From assembly GCF_009914755.1 (NCBI RefSeq), contig NC_060929.1: a stretch of 64,000 nucleotides of DNA; one strand, written 5' to 3'. Both the position numbers and the translations under genes were made by a program. Positions 1-13,164 of the stretch are shown one piece after another (within the stretch, counting starts at the first letter, position 1; each line of letters starts with the position of its first letter). The notes below the pieces were generated by a model, which ran no database searches, was not told the origin of the DNA, and saw only the letters and a program-made list of their open reading frames with translations. Source of the stretch: the human T2T-CHM13v2.0 reference genome, Homo sapiens.

Positions 1-889
<889 letters not shown>

Positions 890-956
890 TGCAATTTGTG
901 TTTTTCCCACTACTTTGTATGTCAGGGACATCTTTCTTTGTTAGCTTATGGAGAGC

Positions 957-1173
957 AAGTTTTTTTAAACTTGGAGCTATTGACATTGGACCCAACAATC
1001 TTTGTTGTGGGGGCTGTCCTGTATTGTAGGGTGTTTATCAGCATTCCTTGCCTCTACTCACTAGATGCCAGTAGCACATTCTCTCCTCAGTTGTGACACC
1101 CCAAAGCATCTCCAGTTATTGCTCTATGGCTCCAGGAAGGAGGGGCAAAATTGCCCCCAGTTGAAAACCACTG
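957..1173 (-). mobile_element. MER20 hAT-Charlie DNA transposon
   Basis: Matches the MER20 consensus in reverse (ctagatgccagtagcac ... ggggcaaaattgcccccagttgaaaaccactg). Confidence 0.85.
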
Positions 1174-1179
1174 ATGTAG

Positions 1180-1935
1180 AACTACATCATTCTTTTAAAA
1201 ACAGCTGCACAGAACTTTATAAATATACTATAGTTATTGAATGAATGAATCACCTACTGATGAATCTTCAGGTTTTTTGTCTATTATTTTTATTTATAGA
1301 ATTTGTTTTTACATAATTTTAATTTTTATGTGGTCAAATTCACGTCATTGCTTAATTATTTCTCTGCCACACTCATAACCTGAGAGGATTAAAATATTTG
1401 GTCATTTTATCCTAGACTTTTATGTTTTTATTCTTTACATTTAAATCTCTAATCCCTACGGAATTTATGCTACAAATGGCTATGTAAAATCAGCTTAGCT
1501 TTTTCTCAAGTGGTTATCCCATGGTCCCATACTTTTATGTAAGTTTGTCCTTTCCATTCAAAATGTTACCTTATCGTGTACTAAATTCCCATGTACGCTC
1601 TCTTTTCCATTTGTTTATTCACCCATTTCTGACAAATACCATACTGTTTTAATTATAAAATCTTTATGTTACATTTTTATATTTGGCAGGAAAGTTATCG
1701 TTTGGTCTTTTCCAAAATTGATAAGGGTATGCTTGCACATTACTCTTCTAAGAATTTTAGTATCCATTTTTTGTGTTCCATGAAAAATTTTGGGTTTTTT
1801 TCTGATTTTACTGGTCTTATTATATTACTGAAGAGAAAATTAAAAGGTTGCAATATTAAATCTTCCTTTTGTTAACATAATTTATCTCTGTTTATTTAGT
1901 TCCTCTTTTAAGCCCTCTTGTAAAATTCTTCTTTG
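1180..1935 (-). mobile_element. Ancient L1M fragment
   Basis: T-rich degenerate antisense L1-like text (ccatactgttttaattat, tttatttagttcctcttt). Confidence 0.55.
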
Positions 1936-1958
1936 GTAGTTTTTTTTGTTTGTTTGTG

Positions 1959-2296
<338 letters not shown>

Positions 2297-3126
2297 TAAA
2301 ATTCTTCAAATGACTGTTTATTCTTAGTTTTACATTTATTTTTGTGAAGGAAAGATTTGCTGATTACAATAGGGAACCAATGCGGGTATGTTCACCCCAA
2401 ATACCTATCCTTTGTATGGACTCTGTGGTAGTGGATTTAGGGTAGTGGGTAGGTCCCGTTTCATAGGTAGACCTCCCTTTGGTGTGTGTGGAAAGTTCCC
2501 TATGATTGCTAAGTGAGGATGACTTTACAGGCAGGGCGTCGGACAGATGTGTACTTGAGTGTGTTTCACTCCTGGGAAGAGTGGGGTCAGGCTGTCATGC
2601 TTATAAAAAACACCCAATCAGGCATATCTTTCCCTTTGTTTAGATTGAGGATAGAGTTTTCAGAGTTCAGGCTGAGGGCAAGTGCTGTAGCCAACTTTTC
2701 TGGCAAAGGATGTACTACCATGACAAGAGAATATTTACTATTAAGTGGTTGCTCATAAGGTTTTTCAAAGGAAGGAAAATGGGGCAGAGTAGACCCATCT
2801 CTCCCCCAGTTCTACCATTATACACAGAGCAAAGTCTATATTTATGAAGTACTTTTCTGAAAGGTTAGAGATTCCCAAAAGGGTATTGCATGGTAGGAGG
2901 GACAATGGTTGAAAGTTAATGAGTTTAGATGTTCCTTTTATTGCACAAGGGAGAATGTTTTCAGGCATTGGGCTTTCATATGCTTCGTGTTCCCTTGCAT
3001 GTTTCCTTCATGATGACTAGCTTCTCTTGCAAGTGTCCCCACCTCCCTGAAACACACTTATTTCTCAGCTTAGCAACTTCTCTATCCCTCAGGAAACTCT
3101 ATCCTTTTCCAAAGAAGCTTTTATGT

Positions 3127-3984
3127 TGTAAAACAAAAATCACATTCTAAGCCCCCTGATAAACTGAATGGACCCCTTCTCTCAGCCAAGGGCATTCCAA
3201 AGTTAACCTGAAAAAAACTAGGTCAGGCCATTATGGGAATGCATGGTTGGATATGTCTTATTATACCTTCCTCACTTTGGAATTCAGGCACCGCTGACCA
3301 GCATTAGCATTAAAACAGAGACCTTAAGACTGACAAAACAGACTATTTGTAGCAATAAGATACCAGCATGACATATAGCAGGCCCTGAAAGAAATAAAAG
3401 TATTTTACCCCAAAATACATTTCTTTGACATATTTTGAAATGGTCCTGCAAAGCTGTCTCTTGTGGGGAAAAATCTACATTGTGTAGAGAATCCCTTTCC
3501 CTTTCTAGGTCTTTTCCCTGATCCAGGAGAGAACTGACTAAGAGCTTGGCACCTTTTTAAGTCTGATAAGGAACATTTACAATCTATTCTCTCTGAAGCC
3601 TGCTACCTGGAGGCTTCATCTGCATGATAAGAACCTTGGTCTCTAGAACCTCTTATCTTAACCCACACTGCCTTCTCTTGATTCTAGGTCTTTAGATATT
3701 AGCTTAACTCTTCAGCCAATTGCTAATCAGAAAATCTTTGAATTCACCTATGACCTGGAAGCTCCTGCTTCTCAAGTTGTCCTGCCTTTCCAGACCAAAC
3801 CAATGTATGCCTTACATCTATTGATTGATGTCTTATGTCTTCCTAAAACATATAAAACCAGGCTGACCACTTTGGGCACATATTCTTTGGACCTCTTGAG
3901 ACTGTGCCTCAGGTCATGGTCACTCATATTTGGCTTAGAATAAATCTCTTCAAATATTTTACAGAGTTTGACTCTTTGTTGACA
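3127..3984 (+). mobile_element. MER4D-like solo LTR (ERV1)
   Basis: TG...CA ends (tgtaaaacaaaaatcacattctaagcccc ... ctttgttgaca), AATAAA near the 3' end, 4-bp TSD atgt/atgc. Confidence 0.85.
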
Positions 3985-4159
3985 ATGCCTTGATGTTTTC
4001 TGGCATTGTGTTTAAAAGAAGGAACATAGGATGAGCATGATTGTTCATCTCTGAAGAGTTGTGCAGAATCCAGAGGGTTATAGGCTCTTGTTCCAGGAGG
4101 GAGAGTGATCATGCTCTCCAATTGTACACAATTCTATGTCGTCTCTTCTGTTAGTGAGT

Positions 4160-4729
4160 GAATGAGTCAGAGTCCACTTAGAAAAACAGCATGACACCAA
4201 ATAGCCTAACAGAAAAAAAGAAATATGGGGAATTGGTATTGGAGGATTGAAAAGCAACCAGGGATAACTGAGCTAGCACAGTGATAGGAAGTGCTATGAA
4301 CAGCTGCCACGCCAGGGCCAGGGATGAAAAGGAAGAGAGGGTGGGGTTAATAGAACCCTTAAGGTTGGTGTTTGGGGCCCTGCAGAACTGCTGCCTGGTT
4401 GGTGGTCATGTCTCTGAGGAAGTGCATCTCTGGGAGTGTGGAAACAAAGCTGAAGCTATAGTGGTGCTACAGCTAAACCCAGCTGCCACTGTTGTTTCAC
4501 AAAACCATTGCTGGGGCCATGCTGATAGGAGCAATGAACACACAGGAAGAAGAAAGTCCTTTGTCCCTGCTCCAGCGTCACAGTCTCCCTCTAGTGAACC
4601 CTATTGGCAGAACCTAACAGGGAACCACTGGCAAAGGAGAAATGTTTGCAGAGTCTAAACCTCTGCATCACCAAGCTGAGTAAGGAAGAGAGCGTTTGGA
4701 GGTAAGAGATAACAGTGAATATTCTGCAC
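4160..4729 (-). mobile_element. Ancient MaLR (MLT1-type) LTR
   Basis: Degenerate similarity to old MLT1 LTRs; subfamily uncertain. Confidence 0.45.
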
Positions 4730-4829
4730 AGTGAAAGTCAGTGAGGTTCAGAAGGGAAGTGGGCATTTGTGCAAAGATGAATATTTGTACTCATCAGAGA
4801 CACACAAGCTAATCCCACCTCATGGAAAT

Positions 4830-6126
4830 ACTATTTTGGTGTAAGGATGGACAAATAAACCAATGGAGCAGATAAAGTCCACAAATAGATGTGCACATAT
4901 ATGGTTTCTTGATTTGCAATAAAGGTGCCATTGTCATTCAGTGGAAAAAGATCATTATTAAATAAATGGTGCTGGAGAAATTGGTATCTATTCAGGGAAA
5001 AAAGAAATGAATCTTGAACTTGACCTTATACCACACATAAAAATTAATTCAAAGTGGATCATAGACCTGAATGTGAAAGGCAGAACAATAAAGCTTCTAG
5101 AATGTAACAAAGGAAAATGATCATGGAGTAGGCAAGATTTCTTAAACAAGACACAAAAAACATTAAGCCATAAAAGAAAAAGGAAAAAGATAAATTGGGC
5201 TTTCTTAAAATTAAGAACTTCTGTTCATCAAAAGACATAGTTAAGGAAGCGAGTTCAGTGAGCAAGCCACAGATTGGGGGAACATATTTGTAATACATAT
5301 ACTTGACAAAGGAGTCATATCCAGTATATATAGTTACGTAAAAATTAAACACCTATAAATCATATAACCCAAATTAAACCCACAATGAGGGAAAAGTATA
5401 AACAGAGTAGATTGGCTAAAATGAAAAGATTCAACATGAAGTGTAGGTGAGATTGTAGAGCAGCTGGAGCTCACATACATTGCAGATAGAAGTATAAACA
5501 CTTTCCAGACAAAGTGGTTCAGCCACTTAGAAAAACTGTTTACTGGTATTTATTAAATCTAAATGAACTTCTGTCTTCTTCTATCTTATGACCCAGCAGT
5601 TCTCAGTTCTACTTTTAGGTGTATATCCAAGAGAAATGAGTTCATATATCAACCAAAAGGCACATGAAAGACCGTTCTTTGCAGCTTTAGTCATAATAGC
5701 CAAAAACTAGAAATGCTACAAATATCCAACAACAGAGGACTACAAAAGCAAATTGTAGTGTATTCATAAAATGGAACACTACTCAGCAATAAAAAAAGAA
5801 AGAACTGATATTTACAATAGTATGGATAAATCTCAAAAGCATTCTGTTGGAAAAGAGAAACCAGACACAAAAGTGTATATACTATGTGATTCCACATACA
5901 TAAAGTGAAAGACAGGCAAATATCGTCAAAGATGATAAAAGTCAGAGTAGTGATTATCATTGAGGTGAGTGAGTGAGGAGGCATGAGGGAACTTTCTGGA
6001 GTGATGAAAATGTTCTGTATCTTGGTCTGTGTGGTAGTTACATAGGTTACATACAGAAGTAAAAATTTAGCTGTGCAGTTAAGAATATATAGTTTATAGC
6101 AAACAAGTTTTATCTTTAAAAACAAA
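4830..6126 (+). mobile_element. L1M (L1MC/ME) ORF2 end plus 3' UTR
   Basis: Typical L1 3' text (aaatggtgctggagaaattgg, ttctgttcatcaaaagaca, tatgtgattcca). Confidence 0.85.
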
Positions 6127-6131
6127 CTACA

Positions 6132-6488
<357 letters not shown>

Positions 6489-8359
6489 TTAGGAACAATA
6501 GATAATCATAATTGTGTGAAGGAGTATCTGACTCTTTTCTGTTTTGCTGAAGACTGAGCATCACTGAAAACAAAACTAAACTAAAGAAAGCAAAACAAAA
6601 CAGAAATCATGGTATTAGGTTGACCTTTTTGTGTCCTGTGAGGAGTAGTATCAATTTCAAATTGATTTCTTTTAATTTTATGGCTCTTTCTAAGAGGGGG
6701 CAGGGGATGGGAAATTTATTCATTACACTTTTCCATATATAGAAAGATGAAAAGGACCTTATCTACAAAGATCTGATAGCACGTGGAGGATGGAGGTCCC
6801 AGAGCACTTTAGAAACATAGCAGGGAATCAGTGAAGCAGTACATAGAGAAGAACTAGAGGATATGGGTATGCAGTCAGGTAACCTGTACACAGAGAGCAC
6901 TTGAAAAGTATTAGCTACTCTAATTCAGATCTTAGGTTTTTGATAATGCCAATAGCATCACTGAACAACTGGTGAAGAATTATCTGGCTTTATTTTAATC
7001 TTTGGACAAGTGCATTCCTGTGTGTGTGCACCTGTGTGTGTATACATTACAAGAAGAAGAGAATTATCTTTATATTAACCTAGTGATCCTTTTCTATCCC
7101 TTCTGCTGGATTTTTTGGTGATAGATAATAGCCTGCTTGCATCCCTAAACCTTGTCAGCAAGGGGACCAGAGGAGAATCAAATCCTTTTTTGAAGTCATA
7201 GGCATTTTGCAAGAGAAAGTCTCGTGCTCTAAGAAAAAGATGATTCTAACTAAAATATAATTAAAGAAGCAAGAGAATTAGAATGGCCATTATTTGGAAG
7301 TTGGGGGAAAGACCAAAGAGAGCAAATGAAGACTAATGGTATAATGCTATTCCAAAGCTGAGTTTCTAACATTGCCTGAATAATACATAAACCTGTAATT
7401 AAGATTTAAAATGATGCTTGTGGGAAATGTTCTTTTGGGCCAGAAGAATTTAATATTTCTTGTGGTCATTGAAAGCAAGATGAGCAATCATTTTTTCACC
7501 CTCTGTTGGAAGTAGGAGAGCAGTAACTTAAACCACAAAGAAAGTGCTAAGGTATTTAGGAGGAGGAGCTAAAGCTGTGGGGGTGGTGTTAGAATGATAG
7601 AAATTCCAGACTGATAAGAGTCTTGGTTAGTCCCATAGGCTGAAATACATGGCAAAACCCAAAAAACTGTGACTCTTTGGTGCGTGTGGAATAGAGGGTG
7701 GGAGAGAATTGAATTGGAGTATTGAACTTTTAAGATTTTTTTTTTTAATGAAAAGTTGATCTAAACCGTTTTTGGCCTACCAATCTACATTTCTTGAGCA
7801 TAGATTTTAGGTTTGAGATTTTCGTCTTGAAAGGTGAGACTATTCAAGCTCTCTGGACTGAATTCTGTGAAATAATTTTGTGTGTGGACCCTGGGTGGAT
7901 CCCAATTCACCATTGTCAGGAGGGTACAGGGTGAGTTGAAGAGTGATGGAGATTGGAGTTGTAAAAATCAACCAATCACCCACCTATTTTAATATACAAG
8001 GAACCAGAATAAATCATTCAAAGTTGCAGAGGTAATTAGTGGTAGAGTTAGAGCTTGAATTCAGGTTTCCTGATTCTGCACTTAGGGTCCTGTCTGTTCC
8101 ACACAATGTAGCACAGAGATGATTTCCACCAGAGACGCTGTTCCGTGTAGGAATCATCATCTCTATCGTCAAAAAGTATTCGGTGGTACCTTATTGGCTT
8201 CTAATAAATAGTGATGCTGTGCATAAATGGAGAGAATTATAGAAACTTTTTTTGTTTTTTTTTTTAAGCTACAGGTTTAGAGCATAAAATTGTATTGATT
8301 TCACTAAGCTGCAATATAGTTCTATATATTGTCAGTAAGAAAGAACATTGAGAAATTTT

Positions 8360-8960
8360 CTCCTTCAGTTTTGTCTGAAAATGTCTTTATATTACCCTAT
8401 TCTTTAATGATAGTTTGGCCACATTTAAAATTTTCTAATGGCAGTTCTTTTCCCTTAGCACTTCAAAGATGTTATTGAGTTATTTTCTTCTGCTGTTAGT
8501 ATTGTCTGCTATCAGTCTGATTAGTGTCACTTCATAACTAATTGATAGCTTTATTCTAGCCTTTTCACTTTTTGTCTTTGGTTTCTTTGCAGTTTCACCC
8601 TGAGGGTTCAGTTTTGGCTGTGTCAATTCTGCTTGAAACCCATTGCAATTTCTAAAACCAAGGTTTTGTCTTTCACCAATTGTGAAAATGTCACAGCTAT
8701 GATCTCTTTCAGTATTGCCTCTTTCATTTCCTCCATTCTCTCCTTCCCCTTCTCTTATCAGGCATGCATTGGAGCACCTCATTTTGTCCTCTATTCTGCT
8801 TAATGTCACTTTCATGGCTTGCATCTCTCTGTCTGTTCCCGCTTCATCCTTGATCATTTTTCTCAAATCTATCTTCTGCTTGTCTCATTTTCTCTTCAGA
8901 TTTCTAATCTGCTGCTTTACCCACGCATTGTGGTATTCAGTTCCCAAAGTTCTATCTGTT
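8360..8960 (-). mobile_element. Ancient L1 ORF1 remnant
   Basis: ORF 8480-8866(-) contains IEDKMRCSNACLIREGEGE...IRLIAD, matching L1 ORF1p motifs (EDR.RRSNI.I.G.PE.E; IRL.ADFS). Confidence 0.75.
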
Positions 8961-9221
8961 ACTTCAACAAATATGTTTGTCCTGTTGTTTAGATGGTGGG
9001 AGAGTGTTTTTCCTAATCCACTCTTTTCCCAAGAGTGGGTTCCTTTGGGGAATCCCAACTATGTGTAGAGTCTGTTCCCCTCCCTTGCCTGGCTCAGGAC
9101 CCAGGCTCATCTCTGATCTCTTCATAGCTGTTAGAATGAAAGTCTCTGTCATTGCCCTCTCATCCTCCATTTCCTCGTCTCACTGAAGTTTCAGCTGCCA
9201 TTTACCATTTCACTCACAGCA

Positions 9222-9863
9222 AGAATGCTATATGAAGGTGAAGTCAGTGATTGAGCTGATGCATCCACAAACCAAAGAACAACAAATATTGCCAGCAAAG
9301 CACCAGAAGCCTGGAGAGAGGTAAGGAACAAATTCTCTTTCATAGCCTATCTTAGCTCATCTGTACAGCTATAACAAAATGCTGTAGACTGGGTAATTTA
9401 TAATGAACAGAAATTTATTTCTCATAGTTCTGGAGGCTGGGAAGCCCAAGATCCAGGTGCCAGCAAACTGTCTGGTGAGGTGCATGGTCTCTGTTTGCAA
9501 GGTGGTGCCATCTTGCTGTATCCTCCTGAGAGGAGGAACACTGTGTCCTCAAATAGAGGAAGGTAGGTCCAAAGGGCAGAACACCACTTGACACCTCTTT
9601 TCTAAGTGTCTTAATCCCATTCATGAGGGAGGAGCCCTCATAACCTAATCACCTCTTAAAGGCTGCACTTCTTACTGCTATTATATTGGCCATTAAGTTT
9701 CAACACCTGACATATTCAAATTATAACATGCCCCTTAGAGGGAACCAACGCTGCTAACACTGGGTTTCAGGCTTCTAGTCTCCAGAATTGTGAGAAAACA
9801 AATTTCTGTTGTTCTAAGTCACCCAGTTTGTGATTTGTAATGGCAGCTTAGCAAACTAATATA
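9222..9863 (+). mobile_element. MLT1C/D-type LTR, interrupted by an MST-type LTR
   Basis: gccagcaaagcaccagaagc ... tccagaattgtgagaaaacaaatttctgttg ... aaactaatata. Confidence 0.75.
9348..9728 (-). mobile_element. MST/MLT1A-type MaLR LTR nested in the MLT1
   Basis: tatcttag ... aaatttatttctcatagttctggaggctgggaag ... aatcacctcttaaa ... ttataaca. Confidence 0.8.
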
Positions 9864-9921
9864 GGTAGGTAGGTAAATAGGAAGAAAGGTAGATAGGAAG
9901 ATAGGTGGATAGGTAGGTAGA
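9862..9921. repeat. Imperfect (TAGG)n microsatellite
   Basis: Direct inspection. Confidence 0.85.
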
Positions 9922-11150
9922 AGTCACCAGCTTTGACTTGCATTAAATACAGTAAAACCATAGTGGCCATTGGTACCAAAAGATATTTTACACAACCTTA
10001 TTTTCCTTGCTAACATCTGTCTAGTGGTACAGAGTTCAGTCAGGCCCACTGGACATGCAGTTGCAGGCTGGGTGTGGGAGCAGCAGACAATTTCTATTTC
10101 CCAAACACTGTTAGAAAATTGTTAATAAAACACCGTGGACTAAGCTCTCATTAGTGCAGTTATTGCTGAGAATGAGCATTCAAGTGCTGTACTTTGGTAT
10201 GGCTGATGAGCAGAGACAGCCAATATTGCCATGGCAATGGGAGAGGAGTGGTTATGAGGATGAAAACTTACTGTTTCCAAGTAGGTCGACTATCATGAAA
10301 CTTGAGCTTATAAGGCCAACAGCTTCTGGGTTTGGGAATGCTGCTTTCCTGTTTTGGGGGAATGGGCAGTGTTGGGAATCTATATCTTGTCTGTCTTACA
10401 GAAATCTCTAGGGACTCTTTGCAATTTCCAGGGAATTTGGTTGTATCTTCCTTAACCAGAGAACCAACTTGCTGTAGGAAATTAATTAAATAAAAATATT
10501 CTTGTATCTGTTTTTCATCTTATTAAGCACTGGAATCCCCAATAATGTGGGCTGAAATTGTCCCAAATCTCATTCATTGCTGACTTTTTCTTATTCCAAT
10601 TTAATTTTGGCTCAGATTCTGATGTTTTATTCTGTCCCACGGTTATGATGCCTTTCCTGCCCTAGGGCCTGCTGTAGTGTGTGTGTTTTCTGACTTTTTG
10701 GCTTGGATGCTTTCAAAGGTTGTGCATCTTTGGCTTATTCTGCTTCAGCATTATTTGTGTAGGATCGCTCACCCTCAGGCACCAAGCCCTGGCTGACCCA
10801 GCTGGCCTTGCCCTGTCTTTTATGTAACAATGTGAAAACTGAAGATCCCACTAAACGCCAAGGTAGGATAAACATGAAATTTTAGTGTGGTGCCCAATTA
10901 CCTTAGAGTGATTCTTCAAGGGAAATGTAAAGAAATGGCTCCATGACCCTTGACTTCCTTACCCACTTCAAAGTTGAGATAATAGAAGAGGGAGGGTTTG
11001 CATGGAGGTTTCTTTGGAGAGACCTGTTGCTGTGAATGCCTTTTTTTTTTTTTTTTTCACATTAAGCCCTGTGAGAGTGGTACCCACAGGTGCACTCAGA
11101 GAAAGGTAACGTGCAGGCCACTGTATTTAAGAACCACTGTACACTGGGGT

Positions 11151-12196
11151 AGAGATGGAGCAGGGGCCCTTCTTAGGGGCTTGTGGGAACTCCAAGCATG
11201 AAAATGAATAAAAATCTTGAATTTCTTCCAGGGAATTCTGGGCACCTACCTAGTTCTGAGAAGTAAATGACCAACTTCATAAGCAAGAAGGTAATAGTAC
11301 CTTAAAACAATAGCCAAATAAGTTAGAGTTAGCATATATTTGGCTCCCTATAGAAACTAAAAATAATGGCTTAACATAAGTCTCTGAGTTACTTTTCAGA
11401 AATCCAGACCCCCACCATATGGATCTGCCAGTGCATAGACCTCAGATGAGGAACTGAGAACTGGGCTCTGGCCACTGTTCTTTGTTCTAAATTTCTTCCT
11501 GAGGTGCCTGAAGTTTCCACCCATGAGCCAGAGCTCACAGTCTTCTGGTGATCCTAAATTTTTAGACAAAGCTTTGCCTCCTTAACCAATAGCAAATCAG
11601 AAAATCTTTGAATCCACCTACGACCTGTGGGCCCCTGCTTAGAGATTTCTTGCCTATTTAGGTCAATCCAATGTATAACTTCCATGTATTGATTAATGAC
11701 TTTGCCTATAACCTCTGCCTCCCTGCCTTTAAAAACTCTTACCTGGTGAGGTAGGGTGGCTCACGCCTGTAATCCTAGCACTTTGGGAGGCTAAGGTGGG
11801 AGGATCACTTGAGCCCAGGAGTTAGAGATCAGCCTAGGCAACATAGGGAGTCCCTGTCTATACAAATAATAAAAAAATTAGCCAGGTGTGGTGGCACACA
11901 CATGTGGTCCCAGCTACTTGTGAGGTTGAAATTGGAGGATCACCTGAGCCCTGGAGGTTGCGGCAGTGATCGCACCACTGCACTCCAGCCTGGGTGACAG
12001 AGCAAGACTCTGTCTTAAAAATAAAAAACAACTCTGACCTGTAAGACATCAGGAAGTTCAGGTCTTAGGCATTAGGTGCCTGACTCTCCTTGCTTGGCAC
12101 ACTGCAATAAATGCCTCACTTCTTTCACTGCAGTCCCAATGTCAGTGTTTGGCTTTGCCTTGCCAAGCAGGCTGACCCAAGTTCAGTTTGGCAACA
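11151..12196 (+). mobile_element. MER4-group ERV1 solo LTR (LTR39/MER72-like) with an Alu insertion
   Basis: Begins gagatggagcaggggcccttcttagggg, has AATAAA, ends gttcagtttggcaaca; homologous to the LTRs at 27815 and 36955. Confidence 0.8.
11746..12028 (+). mobile_element. AluJ-type inside the LTR
   Basis: Alu dimer; TSD-like aactcttacctg/aactctgacctg. Confidence 0.88.
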
Positions 12197-12541
12197 GTAG
12201 GATGCCAGTCTGAGAAATTCTGATGTGGAAATAAGGGCCAGATCAGTGCAGCCTGGGGATCAGTCTGCTCTCAAGAGTTGTCAGGGCAAATGATGTCTGA
12301 GTGTGTACTGTGGATGAGATGTGAGCCATGTAGGAGAGGGAACTGGCTTGGCATGTTCTATAGGCCTGCCCAGAAGGGCAGAGGGACCAAAGCAGCAAAC
12401 CCAGGGAGGAGACATCTGATTATTGGAGGCTAACAAAGAAGTCACAGGGCATGGAAAGGTTAGAATGGTGTGACCAGAAGGAGTGAGGTGCTTGTGATGT
12501 GAGTTCTCAAGATGGAATTTTCATAGTCTATTGAAGTTGAG

Positions 12542-12987
12542 TGAAGGAAAAAAGCATTCTCTAAAATCCTGGGGATTTTAGTTAAAGCTAAAAGGATAAA
12601 GTAGAATGGCACACTCTGCCCCTCCTGTCTGCCTTTATCAGCTCAGGCACAGAGCTCAGAGACAGTGGCACCATAGCATCTAGAAGCAGACTTTACTCTT
12701 TCCATAAATTTATCCTCCTACATTTTCCTGCTTTTTAGAAGCCTAAAGATACCTCCTTCTTTGTCCTTGTCTCTATAGGATTTATGGATCTTTGTTAAAA
12801 TATTATTTAAACAAGGCCCCTAAGCTGCTGCCTTGAGAGAGAAATACTTTTGGACTGACACCGGTCCCACATCATGGGTACAGCACATGTTAATAAACTT
12901 CTGTTTTTCTTTTGTTAATATGACTTGTTTTCAGGAAAGTGTCTCAACTAAGAACCCAAAAAGGAAATTATGTTTTCTCCCCTGAAA
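12542..12987 (+). mobile_element. MER34-related ERV1 solo LTR
   Basis: aataaacttctgtttttcttttgttaat ... ttttctcccctg 3' end typical of MER34-group LTRs. Confidence 0.55.
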
Positions 12988-13164
12988 CATATTCCATGAA
13001 TGTGAGAAAGATGTGGTTTAAATATTCACCAAGTCCAGAGAGCACAAGGCTCACTTAGTCAGAACCAGTTCAAGTGAGACCTTCCCCACAACCTTCTGCC
13101 AGGGTTGTTGGGAACCCCAGAGGGCTGTCCTGTTTCACTGCTCTGTCTTCCATAGCTTCCTCAT

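Noticed and set aside
2330-3120. Possible additional degenerate LTR
   Set aside because: Could not define termini, a TSD or a family match by eye
5059-6125. Hydrophobic ORFs on the minus strand (also 62765-63154 and 39007-39291)
   Set aside because: Antisense translations of A-rich L1 3' ends
11041-11111. Poly-T ... AG|~40 nt|GTAACG micro-exon
   Set aside because: The acceptor is AAG separated from a simple T-run; too weak without transcript data
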